Sequence record: SRR22947725_4314
Direction: 5' to 3' (one strand)
DNA: 20,000 nucleotides
In this document: positions 15,982 to 20,000 of the stretch, piece after piece
Layout: each line of letters starts with the position of its first letter
How positions within the stretch are numbered: the stretch's first letter is position 1
The notes under the pieces: generated by a model
Seen by the model: only the letters and a program-made list of their open reading frames with translations
What the model was told of the DNA's origin: nothing
Databases searched by the model: none
Made by a program: the position numbers and the translations under genes

Positions 15982-17388
15982 ATGGCAGACGTCATTCTTC
16001 CTCAGCTCGGCGAGACCGTCACCGAAGGCACGATCACACAGTGGTTCAAGAGCGTCGGTGACACCGTCGCCGAAGACGAGCCGTTGTTTGAGGTGTCGAC
16101 TGACAAAGTCGACACCGAAGTGCCGTCGCCAGTATCGGGCACGCTGACCGAGATCCGCGTCGAAGAAGGCGACACCGTCGATGTCGGCACCGTGATTGCC
16201 GTCGTCGGAGATGCTGACGGAGCCGCACCGGCAGCTCCTGCTGCAGAACCCGCCGCTGCAGCCGCTCCGGCTCCCGCTGCGGCTCCGGCTCCGGTCGCAG
16301 CCCCGGCTCCTGCTCCTGCTCCCGCTCCGGCCGCGGCTCCCGCTCCGGCTCCGGCGCCTGCTCCGGTCGCAGAGTCGACCACCGCTCAGGCGGGCGACAA
16401 TCGCCTGCTCTCGCCGGTCGTCCGCCGACTCGTCAACGAGAACGGCCTCAACCCCGACTCCATTGCCGGAACGGGTCCCGGAGGTCGCATCACTCGCGAT
16501 GACGTGCTCGACCACATCGACGCCAAGAGCACCGGAACCGCTGCCGCAGCACCGGCTCCGGCAACGCCCCCACCCGCCGCGCCCGCTGCAGCAGCGCCCG
16601 CTGCAGCGGCGCCTGCTCCCGTCGCGCCGGCTGCCGCAGCACCCGCTGCTGCCGCACCCGCAGTCGCAGCTGGCGAACGTGACGGCTCGGTCCGTCTGTC
16701 CAAGATCCGCCAGCTCACCGGTGCTCACATGGTGATGAGCAAGGCCGTCAGCCCGCACGCCTTCAGCGTGGTCGAAGTGGACTTCGCCAACGTCGACGTC
16801 GTCCGCAACAAGGTCAAAGCCGACTGGAAGGCACAGCACGGTTTCAGCCTCACCTACCTGCCGTTCATCTCGCGTGCGGTCATCGACGGTCTGCGTGAGT
16901 TCCCGCATCTCAACGCGAGCGTGGGCGACACCGATCTCGTCGTGCACAACTTCATCGATCTCGGCATTGCCGTCGACCTCGACTACGAAGGCTTGCTCGC
17001 GCCGGTCATCCGTGACGCTGAGACCAAGCGCCTCGGTGCTATCGCGAGCGAGATCTCCGACCTTGCAAACCGTGCTCGCGATCGCAAGCTCAGCCCCGAC
17101 GAGATCTCCGGCGGCACCTTTACGCTGTCGAACAACGGCTCGGCTGGCTCGGTGCTCACGATGCCGATCATCAACCAGCCTCAGGTCGGCATCATCTCGA
17201 CCGACGCAATCGTCCGCAAGCCGGTCGTCACGAAGGGGCCGGACGGCGGCGAAGCGATCGCCATCCACCCGGTCGGCAACCTCGCCATGAGCTGGGACCA
17301 CCGTGCCTTTGACGGCGCATACGCCGCTGGATTCCTCAAGCGGGTGAAAGAGATTCTCGAGACCAAGGACTGGTCAACCGAGCTGTGA
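15982..17388 (+). CDS. dlaT: Dihydrolipoamide acyltransferase (E2) of 2-oxoacid dehydrogenase, one lipoyl domain
   Basis: Lipoyl domain EVSTDKVDTEVPSP, Ala/Pro linkers, subunit-binding domain SPVVRRL..GTGPGGRITRDD, catalytic GGTFTLSN and DHRAFDG. SD-like AAGGA upstream. dlaT versus sucB naming is uncertain. Confidence 0.93.
   Translation: MADVILPQLGETVTEGTITQWFKSVGDTVAEDEPLFEVSTDKVDTEVPSPVSGTLTEIRVEEGDTVDVGTVIAVVGDADGAAPAAPAAEPAAAAAPAPAAAPAPVAAPAPAPAPAPAAAPAPAPAPAPVAESTTAQAGDNRLLSPVVRRLVNENGLNPDSIAGTGPGGRITRDDVLDHIDAKSTGTAAAAPAPATPPPAAPAAAAPAAAAPAPVAPAAAAPAAAAPAVAAGERDGSVRLSKIRQLTGAHMVMSKAVSPHAFSVVEVDFANVDVVRNKVKADWKAQHGFSLTYLPFISRAVIDGLREFPHLNASVGDTDLVVHNFIDLGIAVDLDYEGLLAPVIRDAETKRLGAIASEISDLANRARDRKLSPDEISGGTFTLSNNGSAGSVLTMPIINQPQVGIISTDAIVRKPVVTKGPDGGEAIAIHPVGNLAMSWDHRAFDGAYAAGFLKRVKEILETKDWSTEL
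16221..16371 (+). repeat. Low-complexity GCTCCG-type coding repeat (Ala-Pro linker of E2); a second Ala/Pro tract lies at ~16540-16670
   Basis: Repeated gctccg/gctcct/gctccc hexamers encoding (AP)n. Confidence 0.85.
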
Positions 17389-17397
17389 TCGTGCGCC

Positions 17398-19077
17398 ATG
17401 GCTGATCCGCTGCGCGTCCGCTGGTTGGGCACCGTGCCCTACCGCGAGGCGCTGGCCGTCCAAACCTCACTGTTTGAACACGGCACAGGGCAGCACCTGT
17501 TGCTGCTCGAACATCCGCACGTGTTCACCTACGGCCGCACCGCTGATCTTGCGACCAACCTGAAGTGTGAGCCTGCGACGGTCGGCGCTGAACTCGTTGC
17601 GGCCAAGCGCGGTGGCGACATCACGTATCACGGCCCCGGTCAGCTCGTCGGGTATCCGATTCTGAACATCGACAACAAGCTCGGGGCTACCGGCCACGTC
17701 TGTGGCGTCGAAGGCTTGATCATCGACGTGCTCACCGAACTCGGTGTGCCGAACGCTGGGCGACTCGAGGGGTATGCCGGAGTCTGGCTCGATGCCGGCA
17801 CCGAACGGGAACGCAAGATCTGTGCAATCGGGGTGCGACTCAAGAAAGGGCGCACGATGCACGGTTTTGCGCTCAACGTGGCGACGGACCTGGCGTTCAT
17901 GCGCGAACACATCGTGCCATGCGGCATTGGGGACAAGCCGGTCACGTCGCTCGCCGAAGAAGGCATCGACGTCACGATGGAACAGGTTGCCGCCGTTGTC
18001 GCCCGCTGTGCAGCAGACCGGTGGGCTGCTGGCGTGGCAGAACGACAGGACGTGGCATGGCGACACGCTGCCAACGGGCGCGACCTCACCGCGTTCTCAC
18101 GCGGTGAAGGCCCTGGTGAGCAAGTCAAACTTGTGTCCAACCGTGCCGCAGTTCGCCTCGAAGATGCCGGCGTCGACGTGGCAGCCGGCTTGTCGATCGA
18201 GACACGCAAGCCCGACTGGTTGCGGCCAAAGGTCGAACTCGGCGCCGAGGTCATGGAGCTGAAGAAGACGATTCGCTTGCTCGACCTCGTCACCGTGTGT
18301 GAGGACGCCGGGTGTCCGAACCTGTCCGACTGCTGGTCGGACGGTACGGCGACGTTCATGGCGCTGGGGGAGCGGTGCACCCGGGCGTGTGGCTTCTGCC
18401 TGGTCGACACCCGCAAGCCGATGCTGCCCGCCAGCGACGAGCCGGAGCGTGTGGCCGAAGCAATCGATCGGATGCAGCTCGATCATGCCGTGCTGACGAT
18501 GGTCGCTCGCGACGACCTCGCCGATGGCGGCATGGCGCACGTCGCGGCCTGCGTCGAAGCGATCCGGCTCCGACGCTCGACGGCCAACATCGAGACCCTG
18601 ATTTCGGACGCCAAGGGCGACGAGGCGTCTCTTGATCTGTTGTTTGCGGCACGTCCTGACGTAATGAACCACAATGTTGAAACGGTCGCGCGCCTCCAAC
18701 GAGCGGTCCGCCCGTCAGCGGGTTACGCCCGGTCGCTTGGCGTGCTGGCGCGAGCCAAGAAGGCAGGCCTCGTCACGAAGACCGGCTTCATGGCGGGGCT
18801 CGGTGAGACCGACGACGAGATTGTCGGTCTGCTTGCTGACCTCGCCGACCTGGGCGTCGACATCGTCACCATCGGCCAGTACCTGCGCCCGACATCGAAT
18901 CATCTCCCGATTGCCCGCTACGCCGAACCCGCCGAGTTCACGCGGTGGAAGCAGATCGGCGAGTCCTTCGGCATCGGCCACGTTGAAGCCAGCCCGCTCA
19001 CCCGCAGCAGCTACCACGCCAAGTCGGCTGCAGATGCAGTCACCCAGCCAGTCGCGGTGTCGTTGACGCGAGGGTGA
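17398..19077 (+). CDS. lipA: Fused octanoyltransferase (LipB) - lipoyl synthase (LipA)
   Basis: 559 aa, uninterrupted. N-half LipB: LLLLEHPHVFTYGR, RGGDITYHGPGQLVGYP, KICAIG, HGFALN, IVPCGI. C-half LipA from RKPDWL (18205): CEDAGCPNLSDC (CX4CX5C), CTRACGFC (CX3CX2C), NHNVETV, TIGQYLRP, RSSY. Confidence 0.95.
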   Translation: MADPLRVRWLGTVPYREALAVQTSLFEHGTGQHLLLLEHPHVFTYGRTADLATNLKCEPATVGAELVAAKRGGDITYHGPGQLVGYPILNIDNKLGATGHVCGVEGLIIDVLTELGVPNAGRLEGYAGVWLDAGTERERKICAIGVRLKKGRTMHGFALNVATDLAFMREHIVPCGIGDKPVTSLAEEGIDVTMEQVAAVVARCAADRWAAGVAERQDVAWRHAANGRDLTAFSRGEGPGEQVKLVSNRAAVRLEDAGVDVAAGLSIETRKPDWLRPKVELGAEVMELKKTIRLLDLVTVCEDAGCPNLSDCWSDGTATFMALGERCTRACGFCLVDTRKPMLPASDEPERVAEAIDRMQLDHAVLTMVARDDLADGGMAHVAACVEAIRLRRSTANIETLISDAKGDEASLDLLFAARPDVMNHNVETVARLQRAVRPSAGYARSLGVLARAKKAGLVTKTGFMAGLGETDDEIVGLLADLADLGVDIVTIGQYLRPTSNHLPIARYAEPAEFTRWKQIGESFGIGHVEASPLTRSSYHAKSAADAVTQPVAVSLTRG

Positions 19078-19140
19078 ACGGGGGGAGACCTCGCGCCGTC
19101 AGCCCGCAAGATCCGTCGGCGTTCGCCAGTGAGTTGCGTG

Positions 19141-19947
19141 TCAGGGTGTCACGAAGTCAGCGACGACGGCACAGTGATCGCTGGGCCACACGCTGACACC
19201 GTCGACCTCGAGGGGCTTGGTCGCCACATTCCAGACGCGAGTCGGATTCCCGACCGGCTTTGGCCGCGGCCACGACGTGAGGAGGTAGTCGAGACGACGG
19301 TTCGGCCAAGCGCTGTCGGTCGAGTACGGGTTCTCGGCACGCCATGTGTGACCCGGTCCATTGCCGACCTGCTCCCACACATCGGTGAACACGATGCCGT
19401 CGACACCCGGGCTGCGGCCGGTGAGCAGCCGCACCTCGTCACTGTCGGGCACGGCATTGAGGTCTGCGCCGACAATCACCGGCAGATCCGATGTCGGGTC
19501 GCCTCGCCACTCGATGCCGAGTTCCAGCAGATGACGGATCTGGCCCTGGCGTGAGGCCGAGGCGTCGAATCGGTGATCGAGATGCGTCGAGGCGATCGGC
19601 CACGGGCCCCACGGCGTCGCCACCTCCGCCGCTACGACTCGGCGATGGCCGGGTTCGCCAGCTGCGTTCGGCAAAGGGAGCGAGGCGATCCGTTCGACCG
19701 GCCAGCGGGCAAGGATCGCATTCCCGAACGATTCACCATTCCACACGACCGGATCGGTCCGCACGGCGTGCAGACCGAGCGCCGCTGCGAGTTCATCTGC
19801 AACGTCGCGGTCGCCGTTGCTCCACACCTCCTGGAGGCAGACGATGTCCGGATCAACGGATCGGATCGTCTCGATGATGGCGGCGAGGCGTTGCTCGAAT
19901 GGTCCGAACCGCCACCAAAGATTCCATGTCATCACGCGCACGGTCAC
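19141..19947 (-). CDS. Endonuclease/exonuclease/phosphatase (EEP) family protein
   Basis: VMTWNL, DIVCLQEV, GNAILARWP, THL, GADLN, RLDY and PSDH motifs. Confidence 0.9.
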   Translation of the reverse strand: MTVRVMTWNLWWRFGPFEQRLAAIIETIRSVDPDIVCLQEVWSNGDRDVADELAAALGLHAVRTDPVVWNGESFGNAILARWPVERIASLPLPNAAGEPGHRRVVAAEVATPWGPWPIASTHLDHRFDASASRQGQIRHLLELGIEWRGDPTSDLPVIVGADLNAVPDSDEVRLLTGRSPGVDGIVFTDVWEQVGNGPGHTWRAENPYSTDSAWPNRRLDYLLTSWPRPKPVGNPTRVWNVATKPLEVDGVSVWPSDHCAVVADFVTP

Positions 19948-20000
19948 ACGCTCATCCTGGCAGACCTCTGTCGGTTTTCATCCCACATCAGTGCGAGAGA

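Noticed and set aside
16221-16670. Tandem repeats as CRISPR or mobile-element signal
   Set aside because: They are the ordinary Ala/Pro hinge linkers of E2, with no repeat-spacer structure.
13126-17388. Selenoprotein as partner of Lpd/DlaT in an AhpC/AhpD-like NADH peroxidase chain
   Set aside because: The selenoprotein has a lipoprotein signal (extracytoplasmic) while Lpd and DlaT are cytoplasmic; proximity alone is not support.
284-19077. Clustering of aceE, TIGR01777, lpdA, dlaT and lipB/lipA as a novel system
   Set aside because: This neighbourhood is a broadly conserved actinobacterial arrangement; only the LipB-LipA fusion is unusual.

Overview
High-GC actinobacterial chromosomal segment, probably Acidimicrobiia/Ilumatobacter-like (inferred from gene content and repeat types). 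It has no mobile elements, CRISPR array or RNA genes. The backbone is central metabolism: pyruvate dehydrogenase E1 (aceE), E3 (lpdA) and E2 (dlaT/sucB), plus a single-ORF LipB-LipA fusion. Other genes encode an HhH-GPD protein (partial, missed by the ORF track), RNase HI, an SDR, DUF427, an ArgJ/OAT, MarR, an FAD oxidoreductase, a TIGR01777 epimerase, an EEP hydrolase and cell-envelope proteins. The main hidden feature is the '112 aa' ORF at 13417-13755(-). It is the first half of a 209-aa TlpA/DsbE-type lipoprotein whose in-frame TGA sits at the first Cys of the redox motif (WAPT-U-ST-C) and is followed by a SECIS-like hairpin, so it is a candidate exported selenoprotein. Also notable: a 1100-aa SpoIID/PG-binding/SGNH-esterase/repeat fusion, an SGNH gene with an amber stop ahead of its signal peptide, an Oat2-like ornithine acetyltransferase with no arg neighbours, a SigH/SigR-type promoter, and leaderless promoter architecture at most transcription-unit starts.
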